Assembly (NCBI RefSeq): GCF_009914755.1
Contig: NC_060940.1
Length of the DNA stretch: 64,000 nucleotides
Strand: one strand, 5' to 3'
Source: the human T2T-CHM13v2.0 reference genome, Homo sapiens
Part shown: piece by piece, positions 14,029 through 27,850 of the stretch
How the letters are laid out: each line of letters begins with the position of its first letter
How positions within the stretch are numbered: position 1 is the first letter of the stretch
Position numbers and translations under genes: made by a program
The notes under the pieces: generated by a model
What the model was told of the DNA's origin: nothing
What the model saw: only the letters and a program-made list of their open reading frames with translations
The model's database searches: none

Positions 14029-15079
14029 TCAGTCAGAAGAATGCAGACCAAAAGTGAAGATTATAGCAAAGAAACTAAGACAAATGATTGAAGGATACAA
14101 GAAAACTTCATTAAGTGGTGCTTGGATCAGATTCAGATGTCCCTGAGCTGGTTGTGTCTCATAGGAAAATTGCAATATTGAGCTCCTGAAATGGCCCCAG
14201 ACACATTTAACCACAGATTTACATTGCGAACTCCATTACTTTTCCTTTTTTTTTTCATCTACATTTCATTTTTCAAGCAGCTTCTTCTATGTCAGGGGGA
14301 CCACATGAATAATAAATATGTCATTTTTAACCATCAACAACATACCTTGTAAGTGGTGTATGCAATCTTTTAAATAAGCCAGCAAACCATTCCTCTGACA
14401 TCATTTTTATACCACACTTTGCAATGAAACTAGAAACTACTTGAAAAAAAAGCACATGGATTAAACTACACAATCACATTCACCCACACATTTTTGTCTG
14501 CATTTAATATTTCATTGGGTTCTGCATTCCCTCCTCCACTCTGATAACAACCGTCTGCCATCGAGGGAAGACAATTAAACTATTTCAGCATTTTCCTGCA
14601 GTTAAATAGGCTCATCTTTCCCTGTGACAGTTAGTTTATGGAGTAAAGAGGGGATCCCCGTCGCTCATGCCTTCTTGTAAGTGACATCAAGATGATTAAG
14701 AAAAACAAACTGTTTCCTTCTAACAAGATCCTGGCTAGTCATAGGTTTTCACTGCTCTGGGTTTGGACAAGGTGACATGAATTTCCCGCCTGCCTGTGAT
14801 GAAAGGGCATTTATCCTATGACAAAATCTTGTCACAGATGTGTGCGCCTACACACAAAGTAAATCTTTCAGCTTATTTGTCAGGTGATACAGGGGTGTCA
14901 TACCCCTGGGGTGAAAAAGAATCTGTGGCTACTCCACAGTTTATCAACATTTGGCATTTGGCATTTCTGCAAATACCAGGCACATCATGAGCACTTAACC
15001 AAAATAGAAATTGAATTAGTAAGTCATTAACCTGAGGAAATGACGTATTCTCAATTTTCTTCTTTTTGACATGTTTTTT

Positions 15080-15260
15080 TTTTTAGAAAATTTCAAACAC
15101 ATACGGAAGTAAAGAGGGTAGTATTATGACACTCATATTACCCACCAGCTTCAATAATTTGTTCACTCAGGGAAATCTCGTTTCATTTATATCCCCCCGC
15201 CCATACCCTCTGCACTTTTTTGTGTGTGAAGCAAATATCAGACATTTGTATCTTTTTATG
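15080..15260 (-). mobile_element. L1MC-like 3' fragment
   Basis: gaaaatttcaaacacatac...cccaccagcttcaataat...gaagcaaatatcagacat. Confidence 0.6.
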
Positions 15261-15339
15261 CATAAATCTCAATTATCATCTAAATATTATTTGAATATGT
15301 TATCTCGTCTCCCTCCTCACTATCCTTTCTTTAGACTCT

Positions 15340-15467
15340 TTTCATTTTGTAGAAATGGGGTCTCACTATGTCACCTAGGCTGGTCTCAAACTCCAGGCCT
15401 CAAGTGATCCTCCCACCCCGGCCTCCCAAAGTGCTGTGATTACAGGTGTGAGCCACCATGCCTGGCC
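15340..15467 (-). mobile_element. FLAM (free left Alu monomer)
   Basis: A single Alu left monomer in antisense, flanked by TSD tctttagactct on both sides. Confidence 0.9.
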
Positions 15468-15489
15468 TCTTTAGACTCTGACCACCTGC

Positions 15490-15968
15490 TGTAGTGGGTT
15501 AAAGTCATGCCCAGAAAGATACATCCAAGTCCTAATGCCTGGAAATTGTGAATGTGGTATCCTTACATTTGGAAAAAGAGCCTTTACAGATGTAACTAAT
15601 TAAGTTAAGGAACTCAAGATGAGATCATCTTGGATTTGGGGTTGTCCTTAAATCCAGTGCCAAGTGTCCTTATAACACAAAGGCAGAGTGGGACTTGAGA
15701 CTTACAGCCACATAGGGAGAAGGCCATGTGAAGACAGAGACAAAGACTGGACTGATACAACCCCAAGCCAATGAATGTCTGGAGCCACCAGAAGCTGGAA
15801 GAGGCAAAGAAGGATTCTCCTCTAGCGCCTCCAGAGAGACCACGGCCCTGCTGACACCTTGATTTTGAACTTCTGTGCTCCAGAACCCTAAGAGAATAAA
15901 TTCCTGTTGTTAACTAAGCTACCAAGCTTGTGGCAATTTCTTATAGCAGCCATGAGAAACGAATAGAC
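15490..15968 (+). mobile_element. MLT1C-like MaLR solo LTR
   Basis: tgtagtgggtt...ggccatgtgaagacagag...gccaccagaagctggaagaggcaa...ccctgctgacaccttgatttt...gagaataaattcctgttgtt. Confidence 0.9.
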
Positions 15969-16297
15969 CATCCTGGACAATGACCATCCCAATGTCTTCT
16001 ACCAACATGGCTTCTCCTACCTCCTCCACTAGTCACCCCGAAGATGAGTAACACAAACCCACCTGTGCTGCCCCCACACTTGAACTCTTCAATGGTTCCC
16101 CAGTGCTGTCAGGGCATCATCCAAGTGTCTTTGGATGATATGATCTGCACCAAACTTTCAGCCACAATTCCGGACACTCCCCTTCCCCAGCCCGCACATT
16201 TGAAGCCTTCATGTTCCAATGGAGTCACCCAGTTACCTCCACTTGCTCATGCTTTTCCTGCCCCTGTCCCTTTTCATACTGTTTCATTTGCCTGGAG

Positions 16298-16632
16298 CAG
16301 GGCTGTCCAAGAGAAACATAACTGAAATGAGCCACAAATAGAAGAGACACATGTAATTTTAAATGTTCTAATAGTCACATCAAAAAAATCAACCTCAATG
16401 GTATATTTTAGTTAACCCAACATACCCAAAATATTAGCTTTTCAACATATAATCAATCAACATAAAAGCATTATTAAGGAAACACTTTATATTCCTTTTT
16501 CTGACACTAAGTCTTTAAAATCTAGTGTGTATTTTATACTAAGAGCATATCTCCATTCAGACTGTTAGCCACATTTGAAGTGGCTACTTTAGTAATCACA
16601 GGTGGCTAGTGCTAATGTATTGGACAATGCAG
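16298..16632 (-). mobile_element. MER33-like hAT-Charlie MITE inserted in L2 remnants
   Basis: Terminal inverted repeats cagggctgtccaa...ttggacaatgcag and internal tagccacatttgaagtggcta; ~335 bp. Confidence 0.8.
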
Positions 16633-16639
16633 AATATTC

Positions 16640-16975
16640 TTAATCCTTTTTTTCAGCTTCATGAAATACTATTCATCCTTCAAAATCCAGCTGAAATACT
16701 ATCTTCTGTGAAACTTTCTCTGATTATTTTCTATCTCCTGCCAACAGGATCAATTATTCCCTCCTCCATCCTAGATATGGACCCTTGACATGGATCCAGT
16801 ATAGCCACTGTTCGCACTGTGTTGTATTTAATTGTCACCTGTGTGTCTCTTCTACTAGACAAAGAGCTTCTCAGAGGCCAAGATCGACCTTATTCATCTT
16901 TGTATCCTCACACCACTGGAGTACCATGCACAACGAAAGTCAGAGTGATGCAAATAAATGCTCTCTGAAGTAAAT
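16640..16975 (+). mobile_element. L2 LINE 3' end
   Basis: attcatccttcaaaatccagctgaaa...tactagac...cttattcatctttgtatcctca...aataaatgc. Confidence 0.7.
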
Positions 16976-17084
16976 TCTGTCCCTTCCCATGGTTAGCACA
17001 AGAATCCTTTCCAATTATTTGTGTTCCTGCAAAGTTGGTGGTCAAATATAATCACACAACTCAAAAGTGCACAGGATTCTGTGT

Positions 17085-17275
17085 TTTACTTGTTGTTTTC
17101 ACATTTGTTATCTCCTTTTATCCTCGTAGAACAAATATTTGTAGCCCCCTTTGTTGGATGAGGCAGGTAAAGTCCAGAGAAGCGATGGCACTTGAATAAT
17201 GTCACAGAGCTATTTGAAGGTCGAGCCGGGACTTGAACCTGGGACTCTGGATGGCCAGCCCAGTGCTCTTCCACA
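17085..17275 (-). mobile_element. MIR SINE
   Basis: gatgaggcaggtaaagtccagaga...gtcacagagcta...gagccgggacttgaacctggg...cccagtgctcttcca. Confidence 0.75.
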
Positions 17276-19894
17276 TCCTGAAAGCACACTCACCTCCTGG
17301 CTCGCTCTACCCAAGTCAGGAGAGTCAGAATCAGACCTCACATTCATTTGCACCCTCTGGACGGGAACTATCTTCCATCTCTTCTGTATTTCCAGACCCT
17401 TACCATGCTTCAAGGCCTAACTTGATCCTTCTTTTTCTTTGAAGTTTTCACTTTCTAACAGTCTCTTGGCCCACAAGGACATATGGCCCATCTTAGAAAA
17501 CCCGGCCCTTAAATGAGACACCATCTTGTCTTGTTCCATATTGCTTTCCCTTATTTTTCTTATTAGATCATGAGCCCTTAGAGGTCAAGAATAATGGCTT
17601 ATTTCCCTTTTGCTCCCTTACCATGATTACAAGAGAAAAAACAATTTCTTATTAGTAAGTATCTACTATAAGCCAGGCACTCTATTAAATGCTTTCATAT
17701 GGATGTTTTTTATTTACTCCTCAAAAATCCTACAAATCAAGTTCAATTGCTCACTTTTTAAAAGAATAAACAAAGCAACACAGATACTAAATAAATCACC
17801 TAAGATCATCTGGAGCTGCACACAGAGAGGAAGTCACAAGGAAGAGACATTTCTAGGTCAAATGGCCTGAGTTCAACCAACCTGCACATGGAGTAGAATC
17901 AGGGATGAGGAATCCCAACAAACATAATAAAATGGCTGCACCCTTCACCCCTCTCGCCAGAAGGGGATGATGTTTCTGATTCTTGTATCATGGAAAAATG
18001 AGTTGCTCTGTTGAGACAGGGCTAGGTCCAACATGACTTCTTTCTCTGAATATTCAAAATCTACCACCTTTTACCATTATGGATATTCCCACGTTGATCA
18101 GAAAGACACCCAGCAGAAGAGGGTGCTCTGGTGGGGCTCCTCTTCATCACAGTATCTCCCACATCTTCCCTTCCTTTCCATCCCTTGAGAAGACATCATC
18201 AATGTCTTCTCAACACCAAGACAATTGTGACTGCCTTCCAGCTAATTGTCCTACCTCTAGTTTCATACCTTCATCACCCTGCCTGACATACTGCTGCCAC
18301 AATGATCTTTTCCAAATGGATAGATGAACATGGTACTCTGATGCTCAAAATATTCAAAGGATTCATGCACTGGGAACATATCATTGAAATTCCCTTCTCT
18401 AACATTCAAGGCCCTCTGCCATCTGGCCACTATCTTTCAATCTTACCTCTTAACCATCACTTAATATGCTCCAACATTTAAACCACATTCAACTACTGAC
18501 TACTATGGAGTCCCTGGTTCTCCAAGGGCCCCAACCCTCATTTATTCCCCCCGCCCCAGCCAGCCCTTTTAAATACGATTGGTGAGACTTTGGTTGTAGC
18601 ATAGAGAGCATACTGGCTTCACCATGGAAACAGAAAAGATGCTCTGGTCCAGGAAGAGGAAATGATGGGTCCTCAGTGGTAGGGAGGGAAAGTAGTGAGA
18701 ATGGAGGATGAATGAACAGAGACAGTCTTATATCCCTAGGAAGAGTGAATAATGCTAGGAAAAAGCATATGTGAATGAGCCAAGACAACTTTCTAATCCT
18801 ACTGAGAAAGAAAATATAGGACAAGGCCCATTATATGGACAAACCAGAGATTGTTAGAATGTAAGGCCCCCATACAAATTAAAGGGATATCAATGAAAGA
18901 AATCAGTACATATAGCCAGCTTTCCGTTCCTTTGTATTGGGCCAAGCTAGCTTAGACGGGCTTTGTTCCCATGTCTCGATGAGCTGATGAACAGACCATT
19001 AAATGCAGTAAACTCTAAGTGAACTCTAATGATTATCTAATCCTTCAGCACATCACTATGACCTCGTTACTGGACTTACTGCTACCATTACAGAGCCTGC
19101 TCATGGTATTGGGGCAATGAGTTGTATAAACCCCCTTGCCCTTGGAAGAGGACATAGAAGTATGACTCATAGGTCCTGGTGGCTTGGCTCACGCTTTTCT
19201 CTTTCTTATAACACTAAAACTGCACACATGGAAATCTTGCCTGTTCAACATCTGTTTCCTAAAACCATTCATTTTGTCCTTCTTTTTAAACCCCTCTCCC
19301 TCCTCTGAGGCTCTACAGTATTTTACTTCATCTTTCTTACAGTACACTACACTTTCCCTATACTATCAATATTATTTGTGCTTCAATTTCTTCCCTTCTT
19401 GCAGGGAACGCTCTGATCTATTCATGTCTGGATCCAACTCAACATCTGGCATTGAGTAGTCACTCCATAAACACTTATGGAACAAATGAATAAATGAAAC
19501 ATGATGTGTTACATAGTTAAAACACTCGTTATTTTTAAGACTTCTCCAATATCAACAGGATAGTTAATTTTAGGTCTAGTCAATCAGCATAAGTGTTCAG
19601 GGATCTTGGGGTGCCCTTTCTAAGTGAGCATAGCCTGATAGGTCTTGACCCCAAAATAGCCACCCTAGCTCTTTCCTGGACGCAGAAAACAATGATAGGT
19701 AATGTGCGTTGACTGTTTATTGAGTCTCAGTCATTGTTTCAAATACTTTATGTGCATCTTCTCACATCCTCACATTTATCCCGAGATAGACAAATTATTT
19801 ATAATCTCCATTGTGCAGATGAAAAAGTCCAGGTACAGGAAAGTTAGTTTCCTATAAATGGCACATAGCAAAGAAGTGTTAAGAAAAAGATTCA

Positions 19895-20278
<384 letters not shown>

Positions 20279-20309
20279 TTATAAGACAGAACTTGCTTTA
20301 TAGTGCCAC

Positions 20310-20480
20310 CCTTACTAACTGCCTGCCCTTGGGTATTATTACCTAATCTCCCCAAGTGTCAGGTTTTCTCAAATCTAAATGAGGACATGAGAACTGTCTA
20401 CTTTACAAAGTTGTTGTGAGGGTAAATGGCCTAATGGATATACAGTTTCTAGCATATAGCAGGCACTCAAAAATGGAGCT
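20310..20480 (+). mobile_element. MIR SINE
   Basis: cttactaactgcctgcccttggg...aaagttgttgtgagggtaaatgg...catatagcaggcactcaa. Confidence 0.7.
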
Positions 20481-20499
20481 ATTTGTATTGATCAGGAAT

Positions 20500-21010
20500 C
20501 ATTGTGTTGCAAAATCTATTTACATCAGCTATAGGGGAAACAATAATGTATTCTTTTGTGTAATGAAAAAGTCCAGAAAGATGGGTGTTCAAACATAGCT
20601 GATTGGAGGCTCCAATAATTTCATTAGGACTGGAATGCTTCTTCTCTCCATTTCTTACCTCTATATTTCTCTCCCAGTTAGTTCATTCTCTAACTTGTTT
20701 CACACAGTGGTTACTAGAAAATCCACATTTATAGCCACAGCTTGGTGACTGCAGGAAAAAAGGGCACCTCTTACCCACTAATTGTGGCGCAAGTCACAAT
20801 TTAGTCTCATTGAGTCGCTTGGGTCACCTACCCCTCCCTGAACCAATTGCTGTGATGAAGGGGATGGGGTTTATTGGCTGATCCCTGGAACCAGGAAGCC
20901 TGGGACAGTCCCAACCAAATGAGAAGAGAGATGGGGTGAATTGCTAAAGAAAGAAAAGGTATCATTTCCAGGATAAGAATTGTTTCTGGACAGGCAAAAT
21001 ATCCACTCAC
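20500..21010 (-). mobile_element. Old MLT1 (MLT1J/K-like) MaLR LTR
   Basis: aatgaaaaagtccaga...ctcattg...cttgggtcacctacccctccctgaaccaattgctgtg...ctggacaggcaaaa. Heavily diverged. Confidence 0.6.
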
Positions 21011-21932
21011 CATGAACATGTTCAATGTTCTCATGTTCTAAACAAACGAAGTTTCCTGGCCTTTGCCCACCAACAATGGGTTCCTCCAGCCCGTGTCCAC
21101 TGCCAGCCTGTCTTACAGACCTCTTCAAGCTCTCAGCATGCATGGGCCCTGTACTTCCTCCCAGCTACTGCAAAGCTCAAATTAGTCACTCTGTGGGTCC
21201 GTTCTGAGGCATATCAGAGACCAGCTGTGCAAGGACCTGTCACCTTCTTGTCAGCGAAAGTTTTCTGTCCAAAGAACTTTCGTCATCACTCCTTTCTCAA
21301 GTAGCTAGATGTCACTTGAAGAGACAGCTGAAGTCACTCACAATGGCTGGTCTCAAATCAGCGCTCACTGGCCTTGTCAGTAAAAGCCTCACCCCGCAGC
21401 GAAAACTGTCACTGATCATGTTTAGATATGTACGCAGAGGTATTAGATTAGAAGAGAGAATGCACAAGATGGGAGTTTAAAAGAGCCAAGTTGCAAGGGA
21501 AATCTTAATGGGAAGAAGTGAATGCTTAAGGTTGGAAGTAGTGGGAGGGCATCTTTTTTCAAAACCCAGGTTATACTTCCCATCAAAACCAGCAAGAGCA
21601 CACACATATGCACACACACGCACACACACGTGCACACACAGACAGCAGCAGCCTATATGTATACACAACCTACCACATGCTGAGGATACACAGACCTCTT
21701 GCCAACACACTTTATAAATAACTGAGCCTTGACAGGAGATCAGTAGGTAGTTAATTTATCCACATTAGTATAAATAGCTTGTTTGCATATCAAAGCACTG
21801 CTAAATAAGATCAGAAAACATATATTCACTGAAAAAACTCAATTATCTTTCGGAGGAAAAAAGAATAAAGAGTCCACATATTAATCAAGTTGCATTTGTT
21901 GCCTTTCTCTCCATATACTCTTTATTTAGGGG

Positions 21933-22123
21933 AGGACTTCTTGACCTCAGTGTTACTGACACTCAAGGCTAGACAGTTTTTTGTGTGGGGATGGGGGCTG
22001 TCTCATGCATTGCATGATGTTTGACAGCATCCCTGATCTCCATCCACTAGGTGCCAGGAGTCCTCCTCCAGTCACTGCCAAATGTTCTGTTGGGGCAAAG
22101 TCTCCCCCAGTTGAGAACCATCG
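21933..22123 (-). mobile_element. MER20 hAT-Charlie MITE
   Basis: cttgacctcagtgttactgaca...cagcatccctgatctccatccactaggtgccag...ggggcaaagtctcccccagttgagaacca. Confidence 0.88.
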
Positions 22124-22359
22124 ATCTCAAGACTGTAATAAATGCTATCTTCAATATTACTATAGTGGAATAATCGGTTAATCATTAATTTATATACATC
22201 AGCTAGGGTTGTGAATTGTGCTTTCATTTTGGGTAGCTTTGGTTACTATTTATATCATTGTTAATCAATATTTATTACTAAAATGCTGATTATTCCTATA
22301 GTACTTAAGTGGGTCACAGTCATTTCTGTAACTGTTCTGCCCAAACCTTGGGAAAGAGC

Positions 22360-22625
22360 ACAGCACAGGTAGAAGAAAATAGGGGCTTTCAAAGCATGCA
22401 GATTGGGTTTGAATCCAGATGTGCTACTAAGTGGCTGCACAATTTGGGTCCAGTTTCTTATCTTCTCTGTTTGAGTTGTTATCACTGTAAAACACAAAAT
22501 ATTTCCATTTTGCCACTGTAAAATGGAAAATAGTTATCACAGAGGGAAGCTGTTAGTATTTCATAAAAGGTGATTACGTTCAAGAAGGCATTGACACACA
22601 ATGGATGCTCAAAAAATGTTGGTTT
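22360..22625 (+). mobile_element. MIR SINE
   Basis: gggtttgaatccagatgtgctactaa...ctgtaaaatgg...ggatgctcaaaaaatgttgg. Confidence 0.7.
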
Positions 22626-23769
22626 ACCCTGAGAACATACTTTGCTCTAAAAGGATCTTGCTGTATGATTAAAAACAAGGCTTTCTCTGTAAGAGTGATT
22701 TATCAAGCTAAGTAGAGCATAATAATAACATTGCTCTGCCTGTATAGCTTTTTGTTTTTCATGGAGTTTTTAATTGCCTTTCTATTCTTCTCCAACTATT
22801 TGTCTTTATAAAATCCTTAAGTATTTCTAGTGCCTCAAAAACGTATCAAAGCCTTTCTCCCCACATTATCTCCCTATGGGAACTTTTCATCCTTCTGTTT
22901 CCATGTAAGCAAATGGTGTGGTAGTAACATAACCCAGCTCCATCTCGGGACTTCTCCTCATTACTCTTCTAAGTGGGATACATTATTTCCTGGATCTCTT
23001 GGCTTCTGCCCTCTTTTGCTGATGGGTATTCTATATGAGAGGCTAAAATTTTAATGCATATATGACTGTGAAAATTGCAAAGATAAATCAAGTTATACTA
23101 AATGTAAGTATGAAGTCCTGAAACTGTATTTTTAACCAATGGATCCCAAAAATCATACATCCAAAGAGCACTGTCACCATAGGGAACCACACATTTATTA
23201 TAAGGGTACTGCCATGGCCCATACCATGTTAATTCATTCCTTGGAATATTCTTTCAGAGTCTGTGTTGTGTTAGAAATGTCATAAGGGAGAAAGATTTGA
23301 TTTGAGAAACAATCAAAAGTTCTACAGTCAAGTGAGATGAAAAATTGAAAAGTGTTAACCCAGGGCTTTCTTCTGCTACGGAGAATGAATGAGTTCACGT
23401 CCCTAATGTTCCACCTTAGTACTCCTAACCTACAAGCTTTGACCAACTTAGAGATGTTACAGGAATCCTAGAAAAAGCATAAATTTTCTTTAAAAGATTG
23501 TCTTTTCCTTTAAAAAATGGATGTGCATGCTACTCTAAGAGAATTAATTTTCAAATAAACTTTTTTCTGAGTTCTTAAAATCATATACAAGCTTCAGAAA
23601 GATAAAGAGCATGCAGCATCATATAGTCTTCCCTGTAACTCTTGGCAGGAGTCAAAACCCAGATTAAACAGCACAGAGCTAACAAGTCAAGGAACAGGCA
23701 AAAGAATTAGTAATCTGCACACAGAATCCAACTGATACCAGAGTACAGTAAACTGCAGAGGAGCTAGTC

Positions 23770-24900
23770 ATTCTCTAGCTGCACTCACTCCCTTGGGATC
23801 TCATACACTCCAATGTCTTTAAATATTATCTATCCTAGTGTCCCCCCAGCTTTATATTTCTAGCTCAGACCTTCCTCTTGAAACCCACCCTACACTGCTT
23901 ACTCAACATCCATGCCTAAAACCCTAACTAGACATCTCACATACAATGTGTCCAAAAGCAACTCCCAAACTTTAACCCCAAAGCCTGCTACTCCCATAAT
24001 CTTCCCCATCTCAGTTGATGACAGCCTCATCCTACCAGTTGTTCATGTCAAAAACCTTGGAGTCATTCTTGATTTCTCCCTTTCTCTAAGAACTTATATC
24101 CAGTCTAGCAGCAGATCTAGTTGGTTATACCTTCAAAATGTATCTACAATCTGATCACGTCTCCCCACCTTCACTACTGAGCCACCACCCTGAACCAAGC
24201 TACCCTCAACTCCACACCAGTACTTCAATAGTTGTACAACTTCTATCTGTGTACCTCTACAGAATCTCCTCACTATAGCAACATGAGCGGTCCTTTTAAA
24301 ACCTGAGTTAAATCGAGCCATTCCCATATCCAAGATGCTGTGATCATTCTCACCCCTCCTGTTTCACACAGAGTAAAATTCATACTTTTTGGACTAACCT
24401 TACATGATCTAGACTCTCTCTTAAGCTCTTGGCCTTTATCTTCTATCATCTTTCCTCACTATTGCTGCACTCTAGCCACTGGCCTCCTACTGACCCTTGG
24501 ACACACCAGATATGCCCACCTTGAGGCCAGCATAGGGCCACTTTCTTCATCTGAAATGCTCTTCCTCTAGATATCACACAGCTATTCCCTTTATCAGCCT
24601 TAAGTCTTTGCTCAAATTTCAGTTTTTTACTGAAAACTAACCTGACTGGGCCACTGAATACCGCAAACACTGTTCCACTACCTTTTGCTCTACTTTTTCT
24701 TTGCTTTTTCTTTTTTTACAGCACTTATAATTAATATACTGATTTATTATGTTTACTCATTACTGTATCTCTCCATAGAATGCAAGCTCTATGACAGCAG
24801 TGGTCTTTTTTACGGGCATAAACCAAACCCTTGGAATGGTGCCAGCCACATAGTAGATGCTCGAAGAGTATGTGTCAAATAAGTGCATTGAATGATTGCA
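23770..24900 (+). mobile_element. L2 LINE 3' portion (~1.1 kb) including an RT C-terminal remnant
   Basis: ORF 23912-24154 translates ...FPISVDDSLILPVVHVKNLGVILDFSLSLRTYIQSSSRSSWLYLQN, the L2/CR1-clade RT C-terminal NLGVxxD motif. An L2 3'UTR follows and ends in tgcattgaatga. Confidence 0.9.
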
Positions 24901-25248
24901 TTTTCAAGACTCTTTCTAGAAGTGTTCTGACACCAAAAACATTAGATGGGTTTATTGGAGATTTGAGATTGGCCAGAGGGAAGCAATGAAAGGTCAAGGC
25001 AATAAGACTGTTAAGGTGATGCTGAAGTGGCTACACACGGGGTCATGGTTAAGCAGTAACAACATCCATATACACGATGCTTTGCAGTTTGCATAGGAAC
25101 TTACTAGCCTGAGGGAGCAGGATTGAGGTGAGGAAACCAGATCATTACAATGGCAAAATCACACTTATAGGAGGGTGAAGGAACAGGATGGGATGGAGTT
25201 GAGGGTTATGGTCAGAAAGGACCATTTCAACCCAATTTTAAAACATTA

Positions 25249-25587
<339 letters not shown>

Positions 25588-25719
25588 TTAATAAGTAGAT
25601 CAAGGGAAGTTCTAACAGTATTTTGAATTCTCAACAAAAGGGCAAATAATGAGAATGGAGTCTTTTCAGAAAATAAAATACAAACCATCTCATGAAAAAA
25701 ATTCATCTTGAATGGTGAT

Positions 25720-26200
25720 AAATGCTGATTAAAACAAAAATAAAATATTTACATATTGTCATAGGAAAGACTTAAAATGTAACAATATACTTCAGAGAGT
25801 ATAGTAAGACAAACATCTTCCTTCTCAAGGCAGAATATAAGTTAGACAATCCTTTTGAAAAGAAATTTATAAAATAAATCAAGACCGTTAAAACATTCTA
25901 TGCTTTGGCCAGGAATTCTACTTCTAGGAATCTATGCCAAGAAAAAAATATAGAAACGTAGACAGATTTATATATAAAGATTCAGCATAATGTAAAACAA
26001 AAATCTAAAAATATTATAATGATTATATAAATCATGGCATTTTTATAGAGCAGAATGTTATGCAACCATCAGTAATTACATTTATGAAAAATGTTAATGA
26101 CACGGGAAATGCTCATGATATAAGGACAAATGAACTGAAATAGGGACAATGCCATAAATGGCATATGGTCCCAACTAATATTAGTAGAATTCATTGCAAA
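25720..26200 (+). mobile_element. Old L1 (L1ME-like) fragment
   Basis: ccaggaattctacttctaggaatctatgccaag...aaatcatggca...cacgggaaatgctcatgatata. Confidence 0.6.
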
Positions 26201-26475
26201 CGAATTCAGAAGTGGATTTTTAAAAAATTTTCATCTCTATTAGGGTTATTGAAAAATAAAATATTAACTTTGAGAAAAGCACAAACACTCTCTTCATGCA
26301 GAGAGAAGTTAAAATTATATAATTTTAGAGTGACTATTCATATAAACCCTGAATTTTTTTTATGCCTAATGGTTCATTATCCATAGATTTGCATTAAAGT
26401 AATTCTCTATTTTAATACATGTGCACTTCTCTGGGTCTCAGTTTCCTAATTTTTCAAACAAAGCATAGTCTAAAT

Positions 26476-26692
26476 CAGGGGTCAGTAAACCTTTTCTGCC
26501 AAGGGTCAGATAGCAAATACCTTAGGTTTTGTGGGCCAGAGAGTCTCTGCTGCAACTGTTCAACTCCTCTGTTGGAGCGCAAAAGCAGCCATAGATAACA
26601 GGGAAATGAATGGCTGTGTGCCAATAAAACTTTATTTATAAATGCAGGCAGCAAACCAGATTTGGGCCACAGGTCATAGATTGCCAACCCTT
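26476..26692 (-). mobile_element. MER58A hAT-Charlie MITE
   Basis: caggggtcagtaaac...aagggtcagatag...ggctgtgtgccaataaaactttattta...ttgccaaccct. 8-bp TSD-like gtctaaat/gactagat. Confidence 0.9.
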
Positions 26693-27139
26693 GGACTAGA
26701 TGATTTATAGTCTTTGATTAGCTGATAGTTCAAGCCCTGATGCAGAGGTCTAAGCACCAGCACACACCTGAGAAGAGGAAAAAAGCAGTGTACCATCATG
26801 AGAACCCTACGAGCTTTTGAGTTGGAAGAATCTGAGCTTGAGACCTAACTCACTTCCTAGTTGTGTCTGTTGTTGCAACATACTTTCAACACTAAGATTC
26901 TTAGTATCCTCTTATGCAAAGTGGAAGAGTAGCACCTACTTAACAAAGTTATCCTATGCCTTCAGTGAGATAATGGAAGTCAAAGCCCAAAGCCCACAAC
27001 TTATAAATGAGGAGTTCTCAACAACTGGTAGATAGCCTCATTAAGATAACTCTGATAAACCAGGCGGCACATAATCCTCGGGTGCTGAATGATTTCAGGC
27101 TCATAGTGTAGACAGGACGACATGTTGAGTCTGCGGCAG

Positions 27140-27500
27140 AGAACCGGCCAGGATAAACTAGGTTATGCTGCAGTAACAAACCAGCCCAGAGTCTCAGTGG
27201 ACTGAAACAATAAGATTTATTTCCTGCTCATGCTACGTGTCTATGGCTGGGGACTCTGTTCTTCCCGTAGGACCGTCTGGAGCTTGCTGGTTGTAATGAG
27301 TGAGGGAAAAGTTAGGTGGCTAGATCGCGTACTGGCTCTTAAAGCTTCTACCTGAAATGACGTGCATCAACTCCATTCCTATCTCATTGGCCAAAGCAAG
27401 TTACATAACGACACATTACTCATGGTGGGCTAGAAATGCTAGCTACCTTGCTCCGAGAATGGGGCTGGGGGAGATCTGGAAGTATTTAGTTAACTGCACT
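27140..27500 (-). mobile_element. Old MLT1 (MLT1I/J/L-like) MaLR LTR
   Basis: caggataaactaggttatgctgcagtaacaaac...ctcagtggactgaaacaataagatttatttc...ctcattggccaaagcaagttacat. Confidence 0.7.
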
Positions 27501-27850
27501 AATAAGTGCATTATAACAAGATAGGAGAATAATAGGCAACATTCACATCATTTAGCATATTCCAAAGTAGTGCTAACTCCTTTACTTACAAATTGCAAAA
27601 TCAAGTCAGGAGAATAAAAACAGAGCCAGAAGTGAATGGAGCAAGACAATGGGTCTGGGCTTCCCGATGGTAAAACAAAATCAGGGGAAAATGCCTCAGA
27701 TAAGACTTGCTTTTCCTGAAAATGCTTTCACCAACTCTCTCTCCCTGCCATCCCCTTTTTGTAGCTGGGCTTCATAACCCTTAAGAAGGCTGTGATCAAA
27801 ATCTATAATCTAACATCATGTCTAATTCTCTGAACTCCCAACATAAAGAT

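Noticed and set aside
23912-24154. 80-aa ORF with an RT-like NLGVILD motif as a possible active or domesticated gene
   Set aside because: It is a short fossil of L2 ORF2 with no catalytic RT core, embedded in decayed L2 sequence.
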